NCBI GenBank assembly: GCA_013154305.1
Contig: JAADCT010000035.1
Span: 1 to 47,435, forward strand
Length of the DNA: 47,435 nucleotides
Source of the DNA: Aquificota bacterium
GTDB taxonomy: Bacteria; Aquificota; Aquificia; Aquificales; QOAS01
Reading direction: 5' to 3'
Below the pieces are notes generated by a model. It was not told the DNA's origin, did not search any database, and worked only from the letters and a program-made list of their open reading frames with translations. Both the position numbers and the translations under genes were made by a program. Of the stretch, positions 46,830 through 47,435 are shown in pieces; position 1 is the first letter of the stretch; the number at the start of each line of letters is the position of its first letter.

Positions 46830-47435
46830 TTAACCCTTTAAGGTTCCCAGGGGTTTTAGTCTCAAAATCGGTTTGGCGATGCCGAGGCCGGCCACGACCT
46901 TGACGACCTCCGAAACGTCCTTGTAAGCCTCCGGGATTTCCTCCATTATCGTGCCCTTGCCGCGGGCGACCACCTTTAGGCCCCTCTCCCTTACGTACTT
47001 TTCGACGCCGCCGGCCGCCCTCACGAGCTTCTTGGCCTTGGCGCGCGACAGAACCCTGCCGGCGCCGTGGCACGTGGTTCCGTAACTCTTTTCCATCGAC
47101 GCCGGCTGGCCCACCAGGAGGTAGGAGTACCTTCCCATGTCGCCGGGAATAATTACCGGCTGGCCGTATTCGCGGTAAGCCGGCGGCACCTCCGGATGGC
47201 CGGGGGGGAAGGCCCTGGTTGCGCCCTTTCGGTGGACGAGGACGGTTTTTTCCTTACCGCCCACCCTGTGGGCCTCCAGCTTTCCTATGTTGTGGGCGTG
47301 GTCGTAAACGACCCGATAGCCCACCTCTTCAATCGTCAGGCCGAGGGCCTTGGCGACCGCCGACGTCGAAATCCAGCCCAAAATTTGCCGGTTGGCAAAG
47401 GCGTAGTTGGCGGCGGCGTTCATCGCCCCCCAATA
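46830..47435 (-). CDS. rtcB: RNA ligase RtcB, C-terminal part (5' end outside window)
   Basis: AANYAFANR, HNIGK, VHRKGATRAF, IPGDMG, HGAGR and EEIPEAYKDV motifs. Confidence 0.94.
   Translation of the reverse strand, partial: YWGAMNAAANYAFANRQILGWISTSAVAKALGLTIEEVGYRVVYDHAHNIGKLEAHRVGGKEKTVLVHRKGATRAFPPGHPEVPPAYREYGQPVIIPGDMGRYSYLLVGQPASMEKSYGTTCHGAGRVLSRAKAKKLVRAAGGVEKYVRERGLKVVARGKGTIMEEIPEAYKDVSEVVKVVAGLGIAKPILRLKPLGTLKG

Overview
Gene-dense chromosomal window from a thermophilic bacterium, very probably Aquificota/Aquificaceae. This is inferred from a short Aquifex-type MutL, a PolA lacking the 5'-nuclease, an archaeal-type 3-dehydroquinate synthase II, a fragmented leuS and scrambled single-gene operons. 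It holds about 54 mostly housekeeping CDSs and one tRNA-Pro(GGG); no CRISPR array, prophage or IS element is visible. The main points of interest are at residue level. (1) leuS ends after 369 aa inside the CP1 editing domain, far earlier than the known Aquifex alpha/beta split. (2) TadA naturally carries Asn at the E. coli D108 position (the founding adenine-base-editor substitution), with Thr at A106. (3) PolA carries Tyr at the Taq F667/E. coli F762 ddNTP-discrimination position. (4) The 'nitronate monooxygenase' is a clear FabX-like Fe-S flavoprotein. (5) The QueD-like protein has the Cys-free E-x2-HGH (PTPS-III) motif. (6) A globin-PsiE fusion lacks the proximal haem His. (7) Many genes lack an SD and have a -10-like hexamer just before the start codon, some in palindromic bidirectional spacers. 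(8) An identical 23-bp hairpin occurs in inverted orientation on each side of a 1.9-kb segment. All homology calls come from motif recognition and recalled reference sequences, not from database searches.
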